Origin: Rhina ancylostomus
Lineage: Eukaryota
Direction: 5' to 3'
Length of the DNA: 64,000 nt
NCBI GenBank assembly: GCA_030265395.1
Contig: JARFYF010000112.1
Coordinates: forward strand, 77,389,880 to 77,453,879
Shown: piece after piece, positions 36,141 to 49,118 of the stretch
Numbering within the stretch: the stretch's first letter is position 1
Layout of the letters: each line of letters starts with the position of its first letter
Translations under genes and position numbers: made by a program
The notes under the pieces: generated by a model
Told to the model about the DNA's origin: nothing
The model's input: only the letters and a program-made list of their open reading frames with translations
Databases searched by the model: none

Positions 36141-36260
36141 TTCAATGAAAGGTCATCAGCCGGAAATGTGAACTGTTTCTCTCTCTGCAAATGCTGCCTA
36201 ACCTGCTGAGCATTTCTGCCATCTTCTGATTCTCATCATCCACAACGTTTTGTTTCTGGA
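36141..36260 (+). mobile_element. Degenerate Penelope-derived short repeat
   Basis: TTCAATGAAAGGTCATCAGCCGGAAATGTGAACTGTTTCTCTCTCTGCAAATGCTGCCTAACCTGCTGAGCATTTC. Confidence 0.65.
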
Positions 36261-36963
36261 CATCTACAGTGACATTTGAAAGCTTATTTTATTAATTACA
36301 GTTATGGTGTCTGAGAGGATTATTGCTGGGTGATCATGAATACAAACAACTTCTCTCCTTTCTTTATGTCACATATGTCTCTTTTTTCCTTCCGAAACTG
36401 TTTTGCCGATTTTCTTCGCACTTACAAAATTGTCCTTAAAAACAAATGTACAAGGTTATCAAGCCCTTTCAATTTTCCCACCTCCTGTTTAGAATCTATT
36501 TTTACTTATAAAACATAAGAAGCTTTGGGTAAAAAACATCATAGATTAATCATTTTATTACAAATTGGCAAGCAGGACAGAAAGATTTAGGTCATATTTC
36601 TATTAAGGGACAGTTGTCACAGTCCAATCTCTGTATATTCTGATTGTTAGTATTCTGATCCTGGAGTTTGGGAAATAATTTAAAAAAAATAGAAATTGTG
36701 CTTAATTGTTACTCTAAGTGCAATATGGGAAGAAACCTCAGTTTTTCAAAAAAATATGTATGAAATGTTGTTAGACAGGTTAGTACATGTATTTAATAGA
36801 CCCATAAAGTAAAATATAATCTTTGAGCTATTCAGTGCAATCACTATTGTCATTTGAGAGCTGCAGTGCATAGTTGGCTGTCAAATCCATCTGCTGTAGG
36901 TCATATCTATTGTCTGTGGATATTGATATTTATTGTGAATTTTTCTTTCACAGCTGAATAAAT

Positions 36964-37583
36964 ATCAAGAAGGCAAATGGAATGTTGGCCTTCATTGTTA
37001 GAGGGACTGAATTTAAGGGCAGGCAGGTTATATTGCACCTGTACAGGGTTACTGGTGAGGGCTCACCTGGAGTACTGCATGCATTTCTGGTCTCCTTAAC
37101 TTGAGGAACGATCACCAGGTTGATTCTGGACATGAGGGGTTAGCCTATGAGGAATGATTGAGTCACCTGGAATGATTTCAGAAGAATGAGAGGGGATCTT
37201 ACAGAAACATATAAAATTATGAAAGGGATAGATAAAACAGAGGCAGGAAGGTCGTTTCCACCGCAGGTGAGACTAGAACGAGGAGACGTAGCATCAAGAT
37301 TCGGGGGAATAGATTTAGGATGGAGATAAGGAGAAATTCCTTTTCCCAGAGAGTAGTGAATCTGTGGAATTCTCTGCCCAGGGAAGCAGTAGAAGCAACC
37401 TCATTAAATATATTTAAGACACAGTTAGATAGATTTTTGCACAGTAGGAAAATTTGGGTTATGGGGAAAAAGGCAGGTAGGTGGATCTGAGTCCATGGCC
37501 AGATCAGCCATGATCTTATTGAGTGGTGGAGTAAGCTGATTGGCCCAGATGGCCTGTTCTTGTTCATATTTCTTATGTTCTTA
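36964..37583 (+). mobile_element. CR1 LINE 3' fragment with an internal deletion
   Basis: Encodes IKKANGMLAFIVRGTEFKGRQVILHLYR…, then AGAAGAATGAGAGGGGATCTTACAGAAACATATAAAATT, 3' UTR and tail TTCTTATGTTCTTA. Confidence 0.9.
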
Positions 37584-38596
37584 AAATTAAACAATTTTTT
37601 TTCTATGGTTGCACAGTTGTCTCACCAAGGCAACACTAACTCTTTGATGTATTAAGGTTGCACAGATTTGGCAAACTCCCAACTTAAGTGGCCATTCTTC
37701 ATGCATGAGGCAAGATAATACAAATAAAGGGAGCATTGTGTCTGGGTGTGGTGGTCTTCAAATCTGAAGTCCATTCACTTGTCAGCATGAGTCAATAGGA
37801 TACTGGTATGGCATGCCGCCCTTGGATTCTGCTCCCATTCCTTACTTTACAGCTATTGCGTGGTTGATACCACTGTGGAGTAGGTGACTTTATTCAGGAC
37901 AGACAAGAGACCTGCCTGTAATGGAGGAAATCACCTACACCAGAGTGGTGTAGGTGACTTCCTCAATGGCTCAGCTATGTACTGCCTTACTTAGCCAGCT
38001 AAGGCATCAGGAGACCTGAGAGATAAAAATATTTTAGGATGTCAGCTTGTAGAAAAATAACTCTCCCACATGGCATCTTTACAAATGTCATTAAAAATGA
38101 ATGTTTTGCTTGAATGTGATCTTCGGATTACACAGTATAATTTATAAAGGTCACTGGGGAGCTGCAATACATTTTTGGCAGTCAAAGGCATCTGTTGTAG
38201 ATTCGACCTTTATCATGTGCATACAGGCTATATACATCCAAAAGCCCCAGGGGCTCTACAAATTCTTTTATTCTGTCTAAATTATATTCTTTAATGCTTT
38301 ATGGTTATGGTTGTGTTACATTGTATAATCTCCATATATATTGCTCATAAATTTCAACTGATATTGCACTTCGACTTCAAAAACACTGGGAAATAGATGA
38401 CACCGATGTATTCTCACTCTCTTTCCTTTTTACATGTCTAACCAGTGTTCAAATCCAGACCAAAATTTGGGGCTGATTTTCTTTTCATTGATTTCAAAGG
38501 TGGTGATGGTGTGAGTCAATGGCATAATCGGGCTGTTGTTGACAATTGAGAATTTTACTGAGGCCCGCTTACCCGGAAAACCAAATGTTATTGATG

Positions 38597-38812
38597 GAGA
38601 CACAAGAGACAGCAGCTTCTGGAATCTAGAGCATCAAACAATCTGCTGGAGGAACTCAGCAGGTTGAGCAGCATCTACAGGGGGAAAGGAATTGTCGATA
38701 TTTCTGGTCAAAANNNNNNNNNNCTGATCTTGAAGTCAGGTTTCAAACATTTGACAATTACTTTCTCTCCATAGATGCTGTTCAATCCACTAAATTCCTC
38801 CAGCAGATATTT
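38597..38812. mobile_element. Penelope-derived short repeat as an inverted pair, with a 10-N gap at the centre
   Basis: The left arm GAGACACAAGAGAC…CTGCTGGAGGAACTCAGCAGGTTGAGCAGCATCTA…GGAATTGTCGATATTTC mirrors the right arm TTGACAATT…CATAGATGCTGTTCAATCCACTAAATTCCTCCAGCAGAT. Confidence 0.75.
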
Positions 38813-40348
38813 TTGATGTTTCTCTGGGCTCATTTTGGTGATTTATAACCTCTAGTCCCATAAGAAACAGATCATATATTAGCATTGGTTGACAATAAAA
38901 AAAACCTTCAATTAGATTGAGTCATCTCATACTTTCAGCTTCACAATCAGAAATATATATTGTATATGTCCTGCACCCACTGATAAACTCTGATATCCTG
39001 AGGGAAGCAATAAGTGAATTATAAATCCAGGCCAAGGTGGAAATGGAATAGGGAGGGATGTGGAGTGGAATTCATCCAAATTCATCTGCTAAAGACAATT
39101 ACTACTTCCAGTACTGATAATTTCCCAATGGACTCGCACACCAGACAATGGGCACCTGCAGTCCTCTAATATTTCATTGGAATTTGGGTCACATTTTTAG
39201 TATTCTCTATAGAGGATCTTCAACACAATGTTATCACATTGTCCCATGGGTGTCTGTTGTTGAGTATTGCTTGAACAACATAATCTTAAAATCATAGCAC
39301 CAAACTGCTTTCAATGTAAACAAATGACTTACCTATATAATTGGTTATCTCCCCTCCCTGCACTGAAATAACTATATTCCTTCACCAACAGCCCAAATCT
39401 CCAGCTAACCACTTTGACCACTCTCCCCTGTCTGTACCCATGTAACCCTACAATTAGTCCCCATTTACAATTTCTTCTAAACTTCCCTCCACAATCCTAT
39501 ATGCTGTATTCTCCCTGCTCTTCCCAACATCCTAGCCATTCTCAAGATCCTTAAATTTGGCCTGTACCTACAGCTGATCTGCCAGTTCCAACTGTGGTCA
39601 CGGATACGGCACAGCAGAATAAACATCAGGACCTGTTGAACATACCTCACACACATCCCTTCATGTATTGCATTATTAAGGACCATGTGAAGAATCAGGG
39701 ACTGGTGAGGTCAGGGCTATTGTGGAGGAGATGGGGCAAATGGTCACCTATCAAGTTGGAGTCTTGGTCATCTCCTCTGCTGAGAGATTGGTAGTCAGGA
39801 GTCAGGCCCAGTGAGGGAGCAGTTGATGACTCAGCCTGTTGATGTCGCTGGATGTGGCATTTTGGACGAGTGCAGAGAGAACCTGAAGGAAAGTACACCC
39901 TCCTTCCAGAGGGGGTTCTCAACTCTGTTCAGGAACTTGCTTGGGGAGGGGTGGGTGGGATGTTAGAATTACAATGCCCTGAAAATGGCAAATGACAGGT
40001 AAACAAAAAAATAATATGACCTAATTTCCCAGACAATGCTCAAAATCAATTTCTATTCTCGTAGTAACCAATTTTCATACATATAGCACTGACAAAAACA
40101 TTGCAATGGTTGCTAATTTCTAGACGTTTTTTCCAGTTGAAGCACACAAATATCAGAAAATCTCCAGAAAGGTCCTGTCAGGAATTTGGAGACCTCTGTG
40201 TTTGTAAAGGAGTCCTGAACCTGAATGTTTTGAGGGAAAACACCAGCTGATTTGTGTGGGAAAGTTAATTGTCCCTTGAATTCCCTCTAATATCCTATCT
40301 TCTCCAGCTCTCACTTTCTGGCATTGCTCATTAAAATTTCAACAATAT

Positions 40349-41141
40349 TGCAAAAATGATTTGGGAGGATGTTACTGGGAATTGGGGGCTTGGATTATAA
40401 GGAGAAGCTGGATAGGCTAGGACTTTTTTCCCTGGATCACAGAAGGCTGAAGGGTGACCTTACAGAAGTTTAANNNNNNNNNNNNNNNNNNNNNNNNNNN
40501 NNNNNNNNNNNNNNNNNNNNNNNNNNNNNNNNNNNNNNNNNNNNNNNNNNNNNNNNNNNNNNNNNNNNNNNNNNNNNNNNNNNNNNNNNNNNNNNNNNNN
40601 NNNNNNNNNNNNNNNNNNNNNNNNNNNNNNNNNNNNNNNNNNNNNNNNNNNNNNNNNNNNNNNNNNNNNNNNNNNNNNNNNNNNNNNNNNNNNNNNNNNN
40701 NNNNNNNNNNNNNNNNNNNNNNNNNNNNNNNNNNNNNNNNNNNNNNNNNNNNNNNNNNNNNNNNNNNNNNNNNNNNNNNNNNNNNNNNNNNNNNNNNNNN
40801 NNNNNNNNNNNNNNNNNNNNNNNNNNNNNNNNNNNNNNNNNNNNNNNNNNNNNNNNNNNNNNNNNNNNNNNNNNNNNNNNNNNNNNNNNNNNNNNNNNNN
40901 NNNNNNNNNNNNNNNNNNNNNNNNNNNNNNNNNNNNNNNNNNNNNNNNNNNNNNNNNNNNNNNNNNNNNNNNNNNNNNNNNNNNNNNNNNNNNNNNNNNN
41001 NNNNNNNNNNNNNNNNNNNNNNNNNNNNNNNNNNNNNNNNNNNNNNNNNNNNNNNNNNNNNNNNNNNNNNNNNNNNNNNNNNNNNNNNNNNNNNNNNNNN
41101 NNNNNNNNNNNNNNNNNNNNNNNNNNNNNNNNNTCCTATGA
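40349..41141 (+). mobile_element. CR1 3' fragment, mostly inside an assembly gap
   Basis: GGATGTTACTGGGAATTGGGGGCTTGGATTATAAGGAGAAGCTGGATAGGCTAGGACTTTTTTCCCTGGA…AGGCTGAAGGGTGACCTT precedes the gap, and the tail-like TCCTATGA follows it. Confidence 0.75.
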
Positions 41142-43271
41142 TAAAAGGAGGAGGGCTGGCAGGATGATACTGAAACTTGTAGATTAAGATAATATTTAAT
41201 CCGGAGTCAAAGACAGGAGAAAATGATGGATGGCCACATGAGATGAATACTTAAAAGGGTAGCAAAGGGGTTAACAGCCTATTTTATGTAGGCATTTGAA
41301 AAGACATTGGGCTGATGCAGGGTTTTCATTGTTTTCAATTATCTTTCCATTATACATTTTAAACTCAGATTTAACATCCTAACTCAAAGCACATTGCTTG
41401 CACAATACTGCATAACAGGTGCTGGCAAACAGAGCCAGAAATTCCTGTAAAATGGTCTGAAGATAAGTCAGCTGATTGAAATTCCCATGAAATGCTGGTC
41501 TTCTGCAGGTTGAAATAGGGAAACCAGTACTTTTGGTGTTCCTTCCAGAGGATCTTCAAGATGACATTATCATTTGGTAATATAGTTGTGGAAGGAAAGG
41601 CAGAGAAATCTAATTTTAATGAAAATGACTAAGAAAAATTTCTCTCATATTTCGCATGACAATCACAGGATTGCTGGAATGATTGTGTTCTGCATGGATT
41701 ATTTTTTGCTTCAATCTAAAAGTATGTTATGCTGATATAAGGAAGAGAAAATTGTCATCATACGGATACTTACTGCTTGAATCCATTTGTACACACATTA
41801 GGAATCTATGAGCAATAGGGTAAGGATAAGTCGTATGGTGATGAAAGTTAGTTAAAAGAAAACACTTTCTGAAGGGATCAGGTGGTGCAATGTATTAGGC
41901 ATGGCTTTTCACCTCTGGGACTGGCCTGGATCTGGTCTAGGTTTGTAAGCTTACCATACTTAGGAAGGTCCAAGAAGATGCTTGGACTCCATCACTGCGA
42001 TTTTAGCCTTAAGTGAGGTTTCTTCTGCACCTTCAGTAAGATTATAGAAGCATCGTCAATGTAGCTGAGAAAGTATTTTCTGTCTGCTATCTGCAGCAGC
42101 AGGATGTCTCACAGCTGTGGTTTCATAGTGATCATGTAAAATTACTGACTAGTAATCCAGAAGCTAGATGACTAATCTGCTCACAAACTTCCCTTGCATT
42201 AAAGAGCAAAAAAATTATACTTTTAAATCATGAGTATTTTCAAAACCACCTAAATATAATGTAAAATAAAAACTTGCAAGTTTCAAAGCAATTGTCTGTA
42301 ACCTGTTGCTTTTTACGGGAGTATGATGAACAAAGATTGTTGTTGATATTTCTATATCAGTCTATTTTTCAATCTTCCTTTTACTGCTATACTATCCTAA
42401 TTGCTTGCTTCATTCAAAGGTGTTCAGTAATCACTGGGCTATTTTTACTGATCTCTGGGATACTGGAAGAAACACTCCTCTAAGTATTATAAGCTCTGAC
42501 GCTAATAACAATTAAAACTCTTGTTTCTTCAGTTGTCTTATTATTAGCCAATATATCAACAATGTGTATCCATGAGAAAGCTGGTCCAGTGAATGAAAAC
42601 ATTTGTGACTGGTTATTTGCAATATTTGGATGTTTGAAGCCATTTTGCCCTTACGGCAGTGAAAGTCATTGAAGTATATTTTGTTCCTGTATTAAAATTG
42701 GAGTCAAATTCAATGCATTTTTTTAGTGCTATTGAGTCACAGAACTCTAAATTCATTCAAATTTCATAATTCACAGTTTAAGTTAATATATTTGATCTGT
42801 AAGAAAAAATGCACTACAGAGGTAAAATCTATTGGAAGTCCACTTAAAATAAAGTCTAACAAAGGAACAAACATGCAGCATCTATCATGAAATATTACTG
42901 TTATTTTCTTTATGCCTTCCTAAATATGGACATCCACAGGAATGCTTTAATGTTTCATGCCTAATACTGGAGTAAATGGAGCAGGGACTGTCATCTGAAA
43001 TCCAAAGCTCAAAGGAGTGTTTTACTTACCTACTTGTGTTGTGGTTCTGGCATGAGGATTGAATTGAGTAATAGTGTTTTACTGTTGGTATACCAGTGGA
43101 ATCCTATCTGTCACTTCTCTTTTATGATTGTCTCATTTGATTTTTAAATGTAGTTTGACAGTGATTAATGGCATTTCATCAGTGACATTGAAAACTGGTA
43201 TTGAGGTAGAACCTCTAATATTTTCAAGGCACATTGACAGTTGTGGTTAATGAACTAACGTGATATTTATT

Positions 43272-43867
43272 GGCCTGGAATTTCCTCAAACAGTGAGGTA
43301 CCAGTTCTTGTATCCTTACCCATTGAACCTACTCTCACCCTGAGCTGATCCCCCAGTCTGGAAATACTCAGAGGCTTATCCTGACCTAATTGTCAAAACT
43401 GTTAAACAGCTTGAATGTACGTGGAAACATAAAAATAAATGCTATTATAACTTATTCAAAAAATATGTATTAAAATTACAGTTAAAACACGAGAAAACAT
43501 TTTAATTGTTAAAGTAAATATATTTATTCACTTTAAATCAATGGTATGTAAATGACCTTAAACTAGCCTCTGCCCTTTACACCCTTTCCTCTCCATTGAA
43601 ATGAATAGTCTGAAGAAGGGTCCTGACCTGAAACGTTGACCATCTGTTTTTCTCCACGGATGCTGCCTGGCCTCCTAGTTCTTCCAGCATCTTGTTGTTT
43701 TTACATCTAGATTCCAGCATCTACAGTCCTTTGTTTCTCTGGAGTTGCTAAACTTGCAGAAGCTCTAACCTGGAACCTAGTGAAGATTTAGACATAGATT
43801 TCTCAATGTAACCATTGCAGACCTGCAGATTAAATTCCATCTATCGACTCCAAAAGAATTCCAAGCA
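43272..43867. mobile_element. Candidate non-autonomous DNA transposon (Harbinger-like MITE)
   Basis: Imperfect terminal inverted repeats GCCTGGAATT (43273-82) and AATTCCAAGC (43857-66). The internal palindrome CTCCATT-GAAATG-AATGGAG is restored when the 43607-43740 insert is removed. No clear TSD. Confidence 0.4.
43607..43740 (+). mobile_element. Penelope-derived short repeat with intact hammerhead core
   Basis: AGT-CTGAAGA (43610-16)-A-GGGT CCTG ACCT-GAAA (43630-33)-CGTT-GACC, then GGATGCTGCCTGGCC…TAGATTCCAGCATCTACAGTCCTTTGTTTCTCT. Confidence 0.8.
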
Positions 43868-43975
43868 TGATACTGATCATTGATAAAGTTCTACACAAAT
43901 TTGTTATGGCGTTTCATCTATCTAAGATGTCCTTTACCTTTCAACATTTTCATATTTCATATTTTCTCAAGATGC

Positions 43976-44295
43976 AAGAGAGGGCCATTCAACCCGTTGT
44001 GTCTATGTCAGCTCTCAGAGTACTGTAATCAATCCCATGCCCCACTTAGTTCCCTGTAATGTCTCACATAACCATCAACACCCCCAATTCTCCGACCACA
44101 CACCTGCACAAGGTGCAATTTACAGCTAACAATTAACCTCCCAGCCTGTCTTTGAGATGTGGGAGGAAACCTGGGAATAATCCATGAGATCACAGAGACA
44201 ACATGCACATACTGAGAGCACCACAGGTCAAGAGTGAACCTAGGACACTGCAGCTGTGAGACTGCAGCACCCACTTCTGTACCACCGTGCCACCC
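43976..44295 (-). mobile_element. Full-length V-SINE (HE1-like)
   Basis: The minus strand starts GGGTGGCACGGTGGTACAG…GCTGCAGTCTCACAGCT…GGTTCACTCTTGACC, includes the V-domain …TTTCCTCCCACATCTCAAAGAC and ends in a CR1-type tail. Confidence 0.8.
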
Positions 44296-45424
44296 ATGAT
44301 GCACTTGTGTGCCACAATGGTGCCTCTTTTCAAATGGAATGGCAGACTTGCATTTTGTATGAGCTGAATATTCTTTTTTTCTTTAGTAGGAAGCAATTAT
44401 TATTGCAGTGTTGTATTGTTCACTGAAATAATCTCATCTCAAAAACATGATACAGACTTTGACACTGGCATCTCCATTGAAGCTCCGTAAAAATTGATCA
44501 ACTAATGGGAGGCTATATGTTGAGCATATTTTAAAGAAAGAGTATTTCTTTTATTTCAAAACTCCAAATGTGGTTGTAACCATAATATTAGTATAAAAGC
44601 TCCATTGAGAGTTGACAAATGGCCTAAGGTGTGTACTGCACTCAAAATAGCAAGAACATAACTGTTCATCATAATAATCGTGTATCATTACAAGCACATT
44701 GAAAGTAGCATATGTGTGGGATTTACATCATTGTATTGTTATGTCTGTTTTCTCTGTAAAATGTTACAGTTACAAAACTAAATACTATCACCCTAGTCTG
44801 ACTATTCTTGGAGGGAGCTGCAGTTAGAGATTGCATTCCAACAATGGCCTTGATCTGCGCTTCCCGCAGGTGGAGCTCTTTCCCAGAAGTGTGGAATGGC
44901 TGAATCAGACCTATTGACAATGTACAATGCTCATAGAGCTGTACTATCAAATTTCTCTAACAAAACAAAGCTGTTCAAATAATGCCAGTTTGTTTATCTG
45001 TATGATAATGAATTGAAAATTATGTGCAAGCAGCTTAATTTTTAAATTAATGCGTACTGAGTTACACAATAAAATAGTTCACATGCATGGTCCATTCATT
45101 AACATTCTAGGGGACATGTTTTGTGATGGATGAAAATATAGACTTAGCTTTGTTCTTGGATGAACTGAGTTGAAAGAAATGACGAGAAATGTAGTCTTGG
45201 TGAATAGATGAACACAATATAATCACCAGTGTCAACCAAGTTTATCTTTGTTTGTTCATACAATTTTTTATGTAAATTCCCTGTGAAAATGACTGAGTTG
45301 TGAATTGATGCAGTTGTATGGAAAATGCTGTAATTATCTGTATATATTGGTTTGACCCCAATGCCCTATTTGATCCTTGTTTTTGTGTTTGTTGTGCTGA
45401 ATCATGTTATTCCATACTGAAGGT

Positions 45425-46175
45425 TGGCATTTGACTCAATAAGCAACCATTTATTTGTTGCACAGTTAAAAAGGAAAGATGTTACGTTGAACTCCTTCGC
45501 TGGCTAGGCAACAGGTGCATTGGTCATCACAGTTTAGGAAGGATAAATCCTATTACAGGCATGGAAAAGATTTTCTGGAATTGTTCCATTGATGAACTTA
45601 AGAACATAGGAAATGGAAGTAGACGTATTGCCAGTTAAGGCCCAACAGCCCTCCTGAGCAGAGAAGAAACAATCACTACCTGTGAGTGAGGAACTTTTTC
45701 ATCACTACCCTTATCTTGATACTCTGACCCCTATTCTTTTTAACAGCCCACCCAAGAAAATATTAGTCCTACTTCTATTCTGTCAAGTTCTGTTAGTTTA
45801 AGTGTATCGCTCACGTAATCTTTCCTCAATGACAATCACCTCCACCCCCCATCTAGGAATTAATCTGATGAAGTTTTGTTGTTTTTCTGTACCAGTAATG
45901 GCAATAATGCTGCATGTTTAAATACTTTATCTGTCTATAAAGGCCCAGTCCAATAAATCTCTCTCTGAAGCACCACCACACACCAGCAACTGCTACCCTC
46001 ACTCCCACCACCCACCACTTCCACATTCCAGGAATCACCTTGTGAACCTTTGCAATTCATTTATCACAAGTAAAAGTAGGGAGACCAGGCTGTACACAAT
46101 ATTCCAGGCAAGGTCACACTTATTTAATAGCTCCAAGATACTTTTGCTCCTGTATTCAAATCCTTTGTAATAAAG
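45425..46175. mobile_element. Cluster of old CR1 fragments (+ ~45425-45600; - ~45600-45890 and ~46010-46175)
   Basis: GGTCATCACAGTTTAGGAAGGATA; AAGAACATAGGAAATGGAAGTAG; CCAGGAATCACCTTGTGAACCTTTGC…GAGACCAGGCTGTACACAATATTCCAGG. Confidence 0.55.
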
Positions 46176-46618
46176 ACCAAAGCTGGCAAGATCCATGGAT
46201 GAAACAAGTAACCTGGAAATAAAAGTGGCAGACTGTATTTGATGCTGCCGAAATGTTGAGAAGAAGATCAACTTTAATTGAACCAGACTGGTTGGTATCA
46301 TTCAATGTTCAGCACCTGAATTCAGATGGCAATGTTGAGCTTCAGAGATTCAGTAGAACTTAAAAGTGGAGCTGGAAAATATTCATGTGCAGATATTGGA
46401 GTAAATGTTCATCTTCACTCCTTGATGGTATTCTGACAGGTAGATAGCAAGCCCGCATTCGAACCAATCTAATAATAAATAGGATGGTGCTTTAGAATGC
46501 CTACAAAGTTCATCAAGTGACATTAAAAGTATGATAGTCAAGATTTTAAAACATTCTTCGCTGCAGTTGTTGGGTTCAGAGCTTCTTTAAAGTTGTCACA
46601 AGGAAATAAAAATGCCTT

Positions 46619-47040
46619 TAGAGCCATAGAACACTACTGCACAGAAAACAGGACATTTGGCCCTTCTAGTCTGTGCCGAAACATTATTCAGTTAGTCCCA
46701 TTTACCTGCAACCAGTCCATAACCCTCCAGACCTCTCTCGTCCATGTATCTATCCAATTTATTCTTAAAACTCAAGAGTGAGCCTGCANNNNNNNNNNNN
46801 NNNNNNNNNNNNNNNNNNNNNNNNNNNNNNNNNNNNNNNNNNNNNNNNNNNNNNNNNNNNNNNNNNNNNNNNNNNNNNNNNNNNNNNNTTCAATCTTTCC
46901 CTGTAACTCAACTCCTGAAGACCCGGCAACATTCTAGTAAATCTCCTCTGCACTCTTTCAATCTTCCTGATATCCTCCCTATAGTTAGGTGACCAGAACT
47001 GCACGCAATGCTCCAGATTTGGCCTCACCAATGTCTTATA
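46619..47040 (-). mobile_element. CR1 LINE 3' fragment, young, with a gap inside
   Basis: Encodes YKTLVRPNLEHCVQFWSPNYREDIRKIERVQRRFTRMLPGLQELSYRERL. The 3' tail is at ~46620-46670. Confidence 0.9.
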
Positions 47041-47399
47041 AGCAGGAGGACTGGACTCAAAATACAATCACCTTTTCTTTAATTTTGCTAATAATTGAAG
47101 CAACGGAATGTATTTTGTATCAATATTTACATAATTTCTCTTGGCCCTCATTGGATGCTGTTTCACAATTCTTGCTTTGGCTTTCTGGAATCAAGTTGCC
47201 TCTTGCCTCCTATTACTTGTTCAATTTACTGTGACTGTACTGCAGAACCAAGGTCACCCGAATCTCTGCCATCACTCTCCCTTCCACCAATCTATGGAAG
47301 CCTTCACATTCTGCTTTGTATGTTTTACTAGATTACTCTCCTCTCACAATCTACTTTCCCTTTCCTTCTCAAGTTTTTGGTCCCTCTTGGTTGAATTCT

Positions 47400-48322
47400 A
47401 AGGCTTTCAGTATGCAGATGTTACTTGCTTTTGTGCAGGCTCAGAAGTCAAGTTCCAAGACATCATCGACTTTACCAAAACATCTGAAAAGGTAAGTACT
47501 ATGCTCAACATCAACAAACCAAGGTCCAAACCAAGCTGTCCCTGCTACACCACACTATGCTCAGGATAAAACCATGGAAACTGTGAACCACTTCCCATAC
47601 CTCAGGAACCACCTCTCCGTGAAGGCAGATACTGATGACGAAGTTCATCACTGCAATCAGTGCACCAACCCAGCCTTTGGTTCATTGAGGAAAAGGATAT
47701 CTGAAGATCAAGACCCTAGATCTGGCACAACACCCATGGCCCACTGAGCAGCAGTAACCTCTGCTCTCCTTTTAAGTCTGAGGTTTGGACTACCAGCAGC
47801 AAGACTCTTAGTGTACTGGAAAAATACCTCCAGCATTGTCTTTGCAAAATCCTCCAACTTGATTGGATGGACACGCAAACATCTCCCAAGCTAATATCAC
47901 CTGTACTGTGACCCTCATTACTCTCAGTTAATAACACTGAGCTGGCCATATTTGCTCATGTACCCAACACCAGATCCCCAAAACAGATAGTCTATTACAA
48001 TCCTTGTCAAAGGACATTACTAGGTGGACAGAGAAAAAAGATTTAAGGATATATGCAAAACTTCCTTGAAGAAATGTAACTTCCTCACTGATATCCGGGA
48101 ATCTTTAGCCCATAACTGCTTAAAATAGCAGAGGAGCATTAGGGATGGTATACAAATTAGAGGTCATGCATTGGGAGCACACAGAAGTCTTGCATGAGTG
48201 GTGGAAGGAGTGCACCAGTTCCTGCCCCAACTGTGGAAGAGTTTACATTAACAATCTCAAAACCCACAAAACTGAATGGAAACAAGTCAGCCACAATGCT
48301 GAGGGACTGTTGAAGGAGAAGA
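47400..48322 (+). mobile_element. RTE-clade LINE 3' portion, decayed
   Basis: Peptides QYADVTCFCAGSEVKFQDIID…LNINK (YADD motif mutated), ETVNHFPYLRNHLSVKADTDDEVHHCNQCTNPAFGSLRKRISED and a C-terminal zinc finger CPNCGRVYINNLKTH. Confidence 0.85.
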
Positions 48323-48723
48323 ATTTATATTGCTGGTTTTGTTTCAATGCATGTCAAAATCATTCTGTGAAGAGAGAAATGCGGTACTATCTTGGCAAGC
48401 TGTTATATTAAACAGGTAAAATGTAGCACCTTTTGACAGAAAAAATATGATACTGTAATGGCAACTAGCCACACAGAACAGATGTAACAGAGCATTTCCT
48501 TCTATTATTGCAATACACCACCCCAATCCCCATATCAAAATATGACCCTGCCACCTCAATTAATAACAGTACTCATGCAATAACATTTAAAATTCCCTTC
48601 ATCTCATCATTAACTTGTTGAATTTATGTATGTTAATACCAACATTAAGCATTATTTTATTATGAACATCTCCAGTTCTCAAAAAGATATAATTTGTTAA
48701 GACTATATTCATCTCTTTCCCAT

Positions 48724-48947
48724 ATTGGTATTGCTTTATTACTGTCACTTGTACCAAGGTATAGTGAAAAATTTGTCTTGCATACCATTCATACAGATCA
48801 ATTCATTACACAGTGCATTGATGTAGTACAGGGTAAATCAATAATAGAATACAGATTAAAGTGTCACAGCTACAGAGGAAGTGCAGTGCAGGTAAATAAG
48901 GTGCAAGGTCACACTAAGGTAGATTGTGAGGTCAAGAGTCCATCTCA
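48724..48947 (-). mobile_element. Rex1/Babar 3' UTR fragment
   Basis: Close match to 19390-19610 (TTTATTACTGTCACTTGTACCAAGGTATAGTGAAAAATTTGTCTTGCATACCATTCATACAGATCAATTC…). Confidence 0.85.
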
Positions 48948-49118
48948 TCATATTTATTTACGGCATATATAACTATGGAATCAAATTTATTTGAACTGAA
49001 AAACAATCAGACTGGACATTGGTATGCTCCAATGAAAATAATTGCAGCTCAGAATGACTCACTCACTAGACCATCATTACTACTTTTTTAGATGTCTGGA
49101 ACATACAATGTCCTATAA

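Noticed and set aside
39600-39920. GC-richer segment that could be a Gypsy integrase tail or an exon
   Set aside because: No diagnostic motif in any frame that I can defend.
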